Positions 34,901 to 46,266 of a stretch of DNA of 64,000 nucleotides are shown here, one piece after another. Each line of letters starts with the position of its first letter. The first letter of the stretch is position 1. The notes beneath the pieces are model-generated. The model had not been told where the DNA came from, did no database searches, and was given only the letters and a program-made list of their open reading frames with translations. A program made the translations under genes and the position numbers. This DNA is from Minutocellus sp. GHC0000111. Taxonomy: Eukaryota. Location: positions 3,162,001-3,226,000 of the forward strand of contig OZ361257.1 in NCBI GenBank assembly GCA_977018835.1, given 5' to 3'.

Positions 34901-37900
34901 TCACCACTGACCAACGCTATTGCCGTATCGGTCATCGACACGCCGTGTTGTCGACGTTTGTCCCTGCATTCCTCCTTGGCCACTCTCAGAGGGCCGGCCC
35001 GAGGGGTCAACCCGTCGATAAGGGTCATTCACAGCCCGCAGCTCATCATCCCGTGTCCACGTCGCCTCGTCTTGGGGTCTGGGAGGCTGTTGTTGTTGTT
35101 GTTGCTGCTGCCACTGCTGTCCAGCCATGCGATCATATTCTTCACGGCGATATCCATCACCACTATTGTACATTTTCATTTCTCGCTCCTCCTGTTCTTG
35201 ACGTGCTTGCTGCATTCTGTACATCTCCTCCTCTTCCTGTTGTCTCTGCTGCTGGAATCGTATATTCTCCTCTTCTTCCTGTTGCCGTCGTCTCCGCTCA
35301 TCCTCCATCATTTGCATTTCATCTTGTCTTCGAATCATTTCATTCTGCACCCTGCGCTGGCGTTCCTCCTCCTCTTCTTCCCCCTCCCTTCGCATTCTAT
35401 TCTCCTCTGGATCTCTCCTTTCGTAGTCATCGTATCGAGATCTGCCGACAGGCATTCTACGTTCGTCTCTTTCAATGTCACTCAGTCGAATTCTGCTTCC
35501 ATCTGAAGGCGGGAGACTAAAACGATCGCTGCTGCGACGCCTTTGACGACCATAGTAGTCATCTCTCCGAGCCGGTGGAAGAGATCGTCGGAGGGAGTCA
35601 TCATTACGAAAATCATCATCTCTGCGATCCCAAGTCTCACTCATGGCACCCTCAAGATCAAACAGTTCTTCCCTGAGACGGTCGATTCTGTCTTGAATGA
35701 TATCTATGTCTCTTCTGGCCTTGTCATAAGCTCGTCTTGTACGAGAATCTTTCTCACGGTCCATCATTTCCATTTCTCGGTCGTCCAACGATCCCCTTCC
35801 ATAACGGCTGTACTCGTTGTCAATCTCCGCCATAATATCGTAGACTTCGGCGTTGAAGCGGGACTTGCGGTTCTTCATCTGCCGTTCAAGCTTTTTGATT
35901 TCGTTCTAATTGATCGAATTCGATTCAGGAGTGAATAGGAAATGCAAGGGAATTTGGTTTAAAATAGGGTGGTCGCAGGGAACATACATGTAGGTAAGAC
36001 AACAAAAAGGCAGAAGATCGATAATTGCAACACAACTCATACAGAAACTAACAGCGAAATACACGTACCATGATTCTCATCTTTGCACCAGAGTCGACAA
36101 TGGTTTTGGAGAGCTTTCGGAGAACATTTGGGCCTCTTCTTTGACGACCGTATGCACTTCTCCCCTCGTTGGTAGTGTAATCGACATCAATGACACCATC
36201 TCGCCGATCGATGTCTCTTCGAGGTTCTCTCCATCTTCCACCCCAGACACTTTTATTGCCAGTACCGTATTCATTCCCGTAGCCGTACGAATCGTAGTAT
36301 CGACCACTAGTAGATGATCGCCGACTGACGCCGTCCCCTCGGTAGAAAGTGCGGTCCATCCGATCTTGCCAAGAGAGGGCACGATTGTCATTACTGAAAC
36401 GATCAAATGCATTGTATGAAGGTGCCTTGCCGACATCACTGAGGCGGACGGATCGTCCGGCGCCTCGGCGATTGCTGTCGTCATACTTTCCAACATCACT
36501 TAGTCGTACTCGATTGTTGTTGCCGCTTCTACTACCTTGGGCGTTGAATCCACCAGAATTGCGCCCGGCGGAAAAGGAAGCGCTATTGACAAGAGCAGCT
36601 GCGGTGTTGATATTGGGGGTGTTGGCCGACGAGGGAGACGTGGCGGTGCTGTATTTGTAATAATTGCTATTGCCGTCACCATAACCACTGCGTGCATTGA
36701 GCTTGGCCTTGTATGAATTGTTTAGCACACCGCTTCCTATACTGTTGCGACCACCGAACAGACCTTCAATACTCAACGGGGCGGTCCAGCCTCTGTATCG
36801 CTTCCGACCATTCTGGTCATAGTCAAAGAGTTTGCTATTGCTGCCACCAGCACCACGGTTATTGCTGCCACCTCCGTATGTTGCTAACGATCGGCTCTGG
36901 CGTTCCCTCCGCTGCTGTTCGAGTTTCTGTTGCCGAGTAAATTGATTCTGTTCTCTCTCCCTCCGCTGCTGTTCAGCCCTTCGCCTCTTCCTTTCACGTT
37001 CCTCCTTCAGCCTTTGGTCTCGCTTCTGCTTCTCAAGACCTTGCCGTTCGGCACGTTGCCGGCGCTCGGCCTCCCGCTGCCTCCGCTGCTGCTCTCGATC
37101 GGCGTTGGCCTTGCCAACATCGCTGAGGCGAACACCGGCCCGTCGAGTAGACGATCCTCCAAGCCCTGCGCCCTGGAAGGTGTTGCCAAGGGCATTGGAC
37201 TGGAAGCGATTGTTGAAACCATTGTTGCTAGTACCACTCTGGGCCTGACGTAGCCGTCTCTGAGCCGCCTGTTCTGCCGCACGATTCCTCGACATTAGTT
37301 GGCGATTTGCCTGAGCTTTGCCAATGTCACTGAGCCGGCCGGTGGAGGTTCCTGCCCGTCTGTTATTGGTCAGACTTTGGAACTGCCGATTAGAATTGGC
37401 GTTGTTGTACGTGTACCGTCCCGTTCTCTGAAGTTGTTGTCGCTGCTGTTTCTGCTGCTGTCTGAACAGTCTTGCGACCGATAGAGATGGACCGCCTCCA
37501 GTGCTCCCAGTATATCCCCCGCCGCCGTCGCTGATGCGATTGGAAAAGTTGGATGTGCGGCGATTTCCAGTTCCTCCAAAGCCTCCATTGACATTGCCAT
37601 TGGTATTGGTATTCCGGTAGGTTGCGGCAGGCTGGTTATAGCGCTGTTGCTGGTTTTGTCTCGCGTTGTAATTGTTCTTGTTGCTTTGGTTGCCAAAATT
37701 GAACAAATTGGCCAACCCACCGCCAGCACCGCCGCGATTACTACTGCTGCTGTTCCGTTTTCTCTGCTGAGTCCGACCATTAGCATTGTAGGTGTTGCCA
37801 AAATTGTTGTTATTGGAGCTGTTCCCATTGCGGCCATTACGGCCATTGCCTCTGGTCCTGCCGTTGCCGTTGCCAGACGTGGGAAGCTCGACACTGTTGG

Positions 37901-38231
37901 TTCCTCCGTTGAAGAGGGGTCGGTACGTCGAGCTTTGAGTCGAGCGGACGTAGGCGTCGTTGACGTTGGAGGTGGAGTATCCCTCCCCGTCGTTGTTGTT
38001 TCTGTTTCCGCCGCCGAAGGTCGAAAGCTGCAGGCGCGTGTCAGAGTCGGGACCGGTGCCGGTGGTGCGCGGCTGTTGTTGTTGTTGTTGTTGCTGTTGA
38101 TTCGACAAGACGACGCCGACGCCGACACCGACGTGGGATGTTGGTGCGACAAAGGCCGAGACGCCCGAAATGGCGGTGGCGGCACAGACAAGGAAAAGCG
38201 CGGCGATTAGCGCAGAGCGTGCATGTGCCAT
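34901..38231 (-). CDS. Large N/G/R/Q-rich disordered protein with bipartite plastid-type presequence; intron 35906-36068 (alternative ATG 38291)
   Basis: ALIAALFLVCAATAISGVSA-FVAP presequence. The GTACGT...ATTAG intron joins the 750-aa and 325-aa ORFs in frame (MRIM|NEIKKLERQM). Confidence 0.75.
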
Positions 38232-38819
38232 GTTCGACTGAGCACTTGCAGCACGGCCAGTACCAGTGCCAGTCTCAGGCGTCAACGCCATGCTTCTCAC
38301 AAGGAACTAACAATAATTATTGCGAGAGAATGATTCTTCAATCGAGAATGTTGCGAGCGGCGGGCGCGCGCTCCGATTTTGGCACAGACCAGATTGACAA
38401 TTGGTCCAGTGGAGCTTAGAGTGGTCGATCGAGCTCAACCTCGTGCCCTGGCGTCGACCACAACAGGTGTCGGAGAAGAATGCTAATTCCTTTGGGGGAG
38501 GACGTAATAGGCAGCAGCAGTCGGCGAGCGAAGAAGCAAGTGCAGAACTCTCCCGCCTCGATTGATTTGGCGCCTTCTTCTTCTCCCCTGCCCTCGACCT
38601 TGCCACGTCGACTCGATTTTCGATTCGATTCACTCGACTCGACTCGCAGAAGATGGCCGAGATGAATGCATGACTACTGATGAGCGAAAACGCTTTTCCC
38701 TTGCTTGAAAACGATCCAAAGAAGGAATTCCTATTCCTAAACCAGAAGAGCACAGCCAAGGCGAGCACAGAGTACAGAGCTGTCACCACAGTACTAGTAG
38801 AATTCCTACATGTACAAGA

Positions 38820-40487
38820 ATGAGCGACGACGATGCATCGACATCGTCGTCCACATCCGTATCCTCATCCACGCCAACCACCCCAGCACAGGTGCCTCCT
38901 CTGTACTCGCCGGCGGACGTCCTCAATCGAATCGAGGAGGTGACGATGGCCATCGTGGATGCTCTTCATGCTCGCAACGAGCCTCTGCTGACTACGCCTC
39001 TATCGGTCCGGTCGGCCACCAAATACACGTACCGTCGCCGGCGGCGCGCGGGCGGCAGCCATGCAGCGGCGATCGGCAGCAACGAGATGGATGAGGATGG
39101 CATCTACGGTGGCCGGATCGGCCGTCCGACCAGCGGCTCCACAACTCCAGGCAATGGCGCCGCCGCTGCTGCCGCTGCCGCTACTGCTGTCGTGACCAAG
39201 TCCCTCAACCTTCACCAGTGCCGATCGTACACCTCCGTGCTCCTCATACTGTCCTTCGTGCAGAATCTGCTCCAATCCAAACGAACCACCACCACCCGGG
39301 AGGTGTACTACCACTACGTGACGCACTTTCGGTCGCAGAGGGAGTGCGATGCCGCCATTCTGGACTGCGCCGCCCTGCTTCAAGTGCCCCGTGTTGCGTT
39401 GGGTTTGGCGGCATCTCCCAAGGGCTGGTTCTGTGGCTGCGTCGAGATAATGCGGTGTCATGATGATGGAGGCAGTGTGGATGGAGAAACAACCTGCTCC
39501 ACCAACGCCGCCTACGCCTCCGACGGAGGGACCGGAGCTCAAAGTCGAGTCGATGGGACGGCACTCTCGTCCGTCCAGGGGCTGCCCATCACTCGGGAGT
39601 GGATCGATAGGTCAACAACGATGCAATCGACGGCGGAGAAAAGTACCAGCACCAGTACCGGTACTAGTACCAGTGGCACGTTCCATGCATCTCAGCCGTT
39701 CCAAATATCCAGCCGCAATGCCAAGTGCATCCTGGTCATAGAGAAAGAGGGTGTTTATACCCGCCTTTCGGAGGATCGCTTCTATGATCGCTATCCTTGC
39801 ATCCTGGTGACCGGCAAGGGCTATCCGGATCTCGCCACTCGGGCTCTGGTATATACTCTTCACACCGAGCTTGGGCTGCCAGTCTATGGATTGTGCGATT
39901 GCAATCCGTACGGAATCGGGGTTCTGCAGACGTACAGGAGAGGAAGTGCTCGGATGGGTCTGGACGGTACCGAGCGTTACGGTGTACCCATCCAGTGGGT
40001 GGGCCTTCGTCCGTCTCAAGTACATGCCATGAGGTCGGGGTCGGGGTCGGATTTGCCCTCCAACGTCTTCCAAGCGTTGACCAACTTGGATCGAAAAAAG
40101 ATTGCGCGGCTTGGGGAAGAGGGTTGCGCATTCGTATCAGGCGACGATGTCACGGCCAAGTCCCGAATGTATCGAAGGCAGGAACTTGCTCTCATGGATG
40201 AAATGGGTATCAAGGTTGAGCTCGAATCGTTGCACTGGATGGGCATGGATTACATGTGCAAGTGGCTCGAAAAGATCATGCTTAGTCATGAGAAGTTGCA
40301 GCAGAAGGAGCTACAGAAGGAGGAGGATGAAGAGGAGGGCGAAGAAGAAGAAGAAACAGCGAGTACAATCGATACCTGCAGTGTCAAAGATGCGAGCGAC
40401 GATGATGCTAGCTGCAGTAGCGCCAGCAGCAGCTTGAATGGGAAGGAAGAAATGATCCGTTCTCTGAGCTGCGTGTGCATTCTCTGA
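38820..40487 (+). CDS. SPO11: SPO11 / topoisomerase VI subunit A homologue (probably the meiotic SPO11-2 type)
   Basis: TTTREVYY catalytic Tyr motif, LGLAASPKG, LVIEKEG, VTGKGYPDLATR, LCDCNPYG Toprim motif and KVELE. Confidence 0.92.
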   Translation: MSDDDASTSSSTSVSSSTPTTPAQVPPLYSPADVLNRIEEVTMAIVDALHARNEPLLTTPLSVRSATKYTYRRRRRAGGSHAAAIGSNEMDEDGIYGGRIGRPTSGSTTPGNGAAAAAAAATAVVTKSLNLHQCRSYTSVLLILSFVQNLLQSKRTTTTREVYYHYVTHFRSQRECDAAILDCAALLQVPRVALGLAASPKGWFCGCVEIMRCHDDGGSVDGETTCSTNAAYASDGGTGAQSRVDGTALSSVQGLPITREWIDRSTTMQSTAEKSTSTSTGTSTSGTFHASQPFQISSRNAKCILVIEKEGVYTRLSEDRFYDRYPCILVTGKGYPDLATRALVYTLHTELGLPVYGLCDCNPYGIGVLQTYRRGSARMGLDGTERYGVPIQWVGLRPSQVHAMRSGSGSDLPSNVFQALTNLDRKKIARLGEEGCAFVSGDDVTAKSRMYRRQELALMDEMGIKVELESLHWMGMDYMCKWLEKIMLSHEKLQQKELQKEEDEEEGEEEEETASTIDTCSVKDASDDDASCSSASSSLNGKEEMIRSLSCVCIL

Positions 40488-40738
40488 AAAAAAAACGAAG
40501 AGCATACTGGTACTGGTGCATGTATCTTTGGGCTTCACCGGTACTGCATCTAGCTACGTAGCTAGCGTGTTCAGTACATGTACTGAACAGGTCATAGTTC
40601 AATCTAAGCACCAATACTTTTAGGTCATGTACGCTACAACAGTCCCCCTTATTAAAAACCAGTGCTATCCTACCTAGGTACGGTAGATAGCTAGCTAGCA
40701 GGTACGATGATGACACGGCAATACCTCACTAGCAGTTA

Positions 40739-43201
40739 CTACTGGGACTTGTGACATGCCTCTTGAGCCTTTTCATCGGAAGAAGAAAGCCCACTTCTGA
40801 CGGTGAATTCAAAGCCCAATGCCTCAAGCCGTGAGAAACGCTCCCAAGTCATTTGAGTTTGTCCTGAATGAGAAGTCTTGCCTTCCAGCATGTTCTTCAT
40901 TGCAATTCTTTGAGCATCCACCCACGCTCCAAGTGTCCCGTGATTCCTGGGCACATTTGTGTGCCCATTGGCCACATGATACTGCCTCAACATTTCGAGC
41001 TTGGTAGCCCATTCTTCATCCCCGTCACTACTCGATGTCGTCCAGTCAAAGCCCAAATGATTAAGCTGCTTTATTTGATTTTCCGTCAACTGCGAGCATC
41101 GATCGGACCATAGATTTGCATAATGTTGGCGCTGGATATCGCACCATGCCGATAGCTCACATACCCTTGGTTCAGTTGGCCAAGGCTGCACATTCGTATG
41201 TCCATTAATCACCTTGTACTGTGAAAGCTCAAAAAACATCTGATCCCATTGATCGGAATCCACGTCTTTCCCCGCATCATCCCATTCAAGCTTAAGATTA
41301 TCCTTGTTTGCCGATTTTGGCAGCGGTTGGCTATTTACTGCATCCTCCGCCTTGGAATCCGTTTTGGAATCCTCTAACATGGTGCTAGCAGGTTTCCCTG
41401 ATTTCGTCCCTGGACATACCACCCAAGTAAATCCAATTGAATTGAGAAGCGCCTGTTCGTTCAGAGCGGGTAACGATGAATGAAGCAAAACATTAGATTT
41501 TCTGTTCGGTCAGTATCATGCTTCCAAATTCGAAAACACCAGCGGTTGTATACAAAAAGAAAGTTCATACAATAAACTCACCACCTTCTCCGATGTCAGT
41601 ATATTAGAAGTTTTGCCCGCTTGACGTTCTCGGAAGAATTTTCTTTGCTTTTGCACCCAAATCCCGAGGCTATTGAGCCCAGAAAGGGCAAATGGAAATA
41701 AATGCATTGCATGAGGTAACAAGCTACGTAGAACCAAAACCGAAACAGACAAATCCAAATAAATTCAAATCCTTACCTATTGTCTTGCTTTCTGGTTACG
41801 ATGCAATGACCATGCTGTTCTTTGAATTTGACGAGTTGGTCGAACCAAATTTTCCACTTGCGATCATTTCTATCAGCACCTTTGGCAGTGGCCGGACTAG
41901 CAGGACCATCATCTTCAGCAGATCCCTTCCGTACGCGCTTCCAAATTCCTCTTGGCTGTGAGTTTGAGAAAGAATTGTTACCGTATTGAAAATGTTGAGA
42001 CGAGAGAAAATAAAAGAAAGAAATATTGGAAGACGTAAATTACGATAACTGACTCACATCCCAGTCAAAATCTAATGCATTCCTAAAGTGATGCCAAACG
42101 AGTAAATCAATGTCAGCAGAGACGAAGAGAAATGTGAGATAGATGATTGAAATATAATCATTTATTTATTTGATCGAACCGCACACAGTGGCGGCTCATT
42201 CTCAATGCGATCGTAGAGTAAGCCAAAAGCCTCAAAGCAGTACATTTTTCGATGCAAGCGCTTTTAGAGTGATAGTTCGTGCTCGCGTTTTTATACACTG
42301 TGCGCGCAATTGCTCTCAGCTTACAATAAATCCTAAAAGAGAGTGCAGCGTTATGTTGAGAATTTTCGATAGGAAAAAAATGTGAGATAAAAGTTCCAAT
42401 GCAGGCGACGCAAAGCAAGTCAAAAGTCCGAGCAACCTTCAGCAAAATGCCCACGATGCGCTCCTGCTTACTTACAATCCGCTCCTGATTCATCTGGGAT
42501 TGTCGACCCTCGCATAGTAGCTTATATTGCGTTCGTTGAGTAGAAACCCAGCACCCGAGTTTCTTTTCTCGCTGCGGAACATTGCAGTTGCCATGCTTCC
42601 CCTTCCATTCGATCAATTCTTTATAGCGCGACATCCACTGTTCCTTAAGCATGGCTGTACTCTTACGCGTTACCTCGCTGTCAGATCGTTGTCTTAGTCT
42701 GGATGTTGTGCAACTAGCAATGTTGCCCGCGCCCCTCGAGAACAAATTATTGGATTGAGCAGTGGCACTGGCAGCCACAGCTGCTGCCGGAACCACCGTT
42801 GGCAGTAGCGATCGTTCAGCTGGTATTGATACTTCTACATGTTCAGGATGCGGCACAGCTGACGCTGCTGCAGCGGCGACGTTGTCGGCAATGGAAGTCG
42901 CCACCACATCTGACAGCACACTTTCCTCCCCTCCATCCACGTCGCCCTGCAAAGGGAGAAGGGGCGGGCTTCCCATGACATTATCAGCGCCCAGCGATCC
43001 AAAGTTGGGAGACTCATCGACGGACATGGATTGATTCCCATCGGCGCTGTTTAAGAACTGCTGCGCCGGATGATTGACCTCATCTCCCGGATCGATGTCA
43101 AACATGGCCGACGAAATTCCCGCCTCCAAGAGAAGGTTCATGTTGCTATCCATATCCCCCATAACTTCTGGTTTCGGTTGGGCGGTGTTGGACTGACACA
43201 T
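40739..43201 (-). CDS. Helicase-associated (HA) repeat protein with four HA domains; exons 43201-42476, 42332-42325, 42082-42058, 41955-41777, 41669-41582, 41452-40739
   Basis: Four W...L..(Y/F)K..HG..NVP...LG.WV..QR...L..LGF.W repeats. All introns are GT-AG and keep the frame. Confidence 0.85.
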
Positions 43202-43908
43202 GTGTCATGCAAACGCAAAGGGGTGTGTGAGTACCGGCAAGAGCTAATGAGCTAATGAGCTAATGAGCTCAAGCAAGACGAACGACAGATTGTAGAAGCA
43301 AGGGGCCTCCATTGGTGACAGCGGCAGCAGCTATCATGGCATTATATTATTAGAACGCCGTGCCATCCCTTCGCATCGATCATCGCAAATATGGGAGCGT
43401 CTTACTTACGATCTGTATCTTAACGAACGACCAAATAAATAATGTTCCTACTCTACTTTGAGAGACAAGAGTTGCGGCTGCTCTCCAACCCTTTCTACAG
43501 TGATATTGGTAAGACGACTGCAGGGGAGATGATCTGCCCGCCCGCCGAAATTTGAATTGAAACGGCACGATGAGGTGATATTGGACCGCTGAAGGAGGCT
43601 GAAATCATCCATCATTGGCACCTGATGATGAGATAGATGTCAGTCAGCCAAATCGACATGATGCGGCTTCTCGTTCAAAGGCCCGGACACCCGGAAGATA
43701 CCAATGACCGCCTTTTTGGTACGTACGAGTTTGTACGTACATGCAACTTGAAGAACCACCTCACACACAGTCGACGAAACAAGCTTGAATGCAGCTTGCA
43801 GCGATCCGCCTTCCTCCAGAAGTAATCCTCTCGGCTCGGTGCGATCCTGAACTCACTGCACAATTCTATCTATCCACGCATCACAATACTGTAGTAAAAG
43901 AAACAAAA

Positions 43909-45437
43909 ATGAAGATTGCTGGCGTTGCTCTTTCGGCTGCTCTGATTGGAGGGGCTTCGGCTTTTGCGCCGGTTTCCCGTACGATTCCCTCGTCGTCGTC
44001 CTCTGCCCTTCGATCCACTATGGAACCACCGGCACCAGAGCGAGTGGCACCTGATGCGGCATGGATGCCCGAATGGGAGGGCCGTGTAGGCAAGGACCCG
44101 TCCGAATTCCTCAAGTCGGATGAATCCAACCCCGATCTCAGCGGTATGTGGGAATGTCCTCTCACTCAATGGGATTCGGACAACATCAACATCGAGGAGG
44201 CGCAGGCCATTGCCAAGAAGCAGCCTCACTGTCCCCTCGAGCTCCGAGCGACGCCCGAAGACAATGCCAAGGGCGTCGAGTATTTCCGCGAAAACAAGGA
44301 ACAGATCCGCGCCGATCTGCTCAAGTATGGCGCCGTCTGGGTGCGCGGCTTTGACCTAATGCAGGACGTCAATGGCTACCGTGCCATGTGGCACGCCCTG
44401 GGATTCGAGCCTTGCCTCGATCCCCTCCATTCCTCTGGTCTGCGCAAGTTTGCCTCCGAGCGCGATGCGCTGTACGAGGAGGTGAACAAGCCCAGCCTTC
44501 GGGGACATTACATCGGCCTGCACTGCGAGTCGACCGCCAAGAGGACGGCTGCCTATGCCGCCTTCGTCTGCTTCCAACGCGCCACTGAGCCCATGGAGCC
44601 CCGGGGACGGTTCCTGGTTGCCGATGGAGCCGCCATCCTCGCCGAGATGGACCCCAAGGTCCTGAAGAAGCTGTACGATCGCAAGATTCGGATCAGTGTG
44701 AGCAACTTGGACATTCCTCCGTCGTTCCCAGGCGTTGTGAAGGATGGCATCAAGGGACTGGTTGACGCTGCCGTTGCGCCCAAGTTCGATATGGATTTGG
44801 AGATGATATATGAGGCAGATGGCAAGCCAGGGCGATTGCAGGTGAGTTGATACATTGGCGTTGGGGATGCGTTATGAAAATGACATTGGCTCGTCAAAAA
44901 CGGTGCATTTCGTGACGACATCTTATCTTATGCTTCTTTCTAACAAAACAGTACGATTCTTGATTCCCTCCTCTACCAACACCCAAGGCCGTTGAAACCG
45001 CCGAGTCACCCATTAATCGTCACCCCGTTACGGGCATGCCGGTATGGTTCAACAACGCACACAACCACGCCCGCAAGCTGCGCGATCGACGACCCTGCGG
45101 CGTACCAGAGGTGGGAATGACGGAAGTTTTCTATGCGGATACCATGGAGCCGCTCGATTTGGAGGACTGCCAGGAGATCAAGAGGGCATCGGAAAAGTGC
45201 ATCACAGCCCTTTCCATGGAACCGGGAGATGTTTTGCTGGTGGACAACTACCGTGCCCTTCACGGCCGCGACGTATTCCAGGGCGATCGATTCCACGCTG
45301 TTAGTTGGTTCACCTGGGATGAAAATGCCGAGTGGAGAGGCGACGAGAGGCGCATTGTGGACAAGGATCCATTCAACAAGGCAATCAATAAGATGATGGA
45401 CTTCCTTCCCAAGGACTTTGAGTCTGATCAGAGTTAA
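43909..45437 (+). CDS. Plastid-targeted TauD/clavaminate synthase-like Fe(II)/2-oxoglutarate dioxygenase; intron 44842-44987
   Basis: GASA-FAPV presequence, YGAVWVRGF, IGLHCE (HxE), HPVTG..VWFN and GDVLLVDNYRALHGR. Confidence 0.88.
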
Positions 45438-46266
45438 AGGGAATTGATCGATGATAACTAGGCTACGTAGCTAGATCTAGAGTAGATTGGTGCTGCTCGG
45501 AAGATGCTTGCAGCTTGACATGTAGATCTACCTTTTTGGGTAGAACATGTACTGACCGGTCGGTAGATCTACCGACCGGCAGGATCTAAAGACGCAGACA
45601 CTTGCAAAATTTATATTATATTCATGTTTCTACATCTATATACGACGTTTATTTATATAATAGAGTGTAAAAGATCTCTGTAGATAGAGACTGGCCGATG
45701 CTCTGAGGGATTCTCTGCTTGTCATTCGAAAAGGCAGGGAGTACGGGTACTACGAGCAATTCCGAGGTTACAGGAGCGGCCCTGAGTATCACTACGAGTA
45801 AGAAAGACGAAGTTTCTGCGGTGAATTACCTTGACTCTATTGATCTCACTTATTCAAGATGACAATTTGATAAACGTTTGCGTAGATTCTATTCATACAT
45901 GTACCGGTAGATCTCTAGATCTAGATCTGATTTGACACACGCACGCACGCACGCATGCACGCACGCACACACACACACATAACAAGAGAGTCTTTATATT
46001 TGTATATATAACATGTAAGCTTCATTTTACAAACATGCAACTAGATTTGGGAATTCCTTTTCAAATCACTCACACCACCATCGATCGTGAGGCTTTGATT
46101 GACTCATTTTTCGATGGGCGTGTGCATGACCAGGAACTCAAGCGACTTGTGCATGATGATGACTGCCATTGCTTCATGCCGTGCCGGTAATTCGATCATC
46201 TAGATCTACTTGGAGAATGTAATTGCTAGCCACAAGCCAACAGGACTGCACATTGTACGGTACCAG

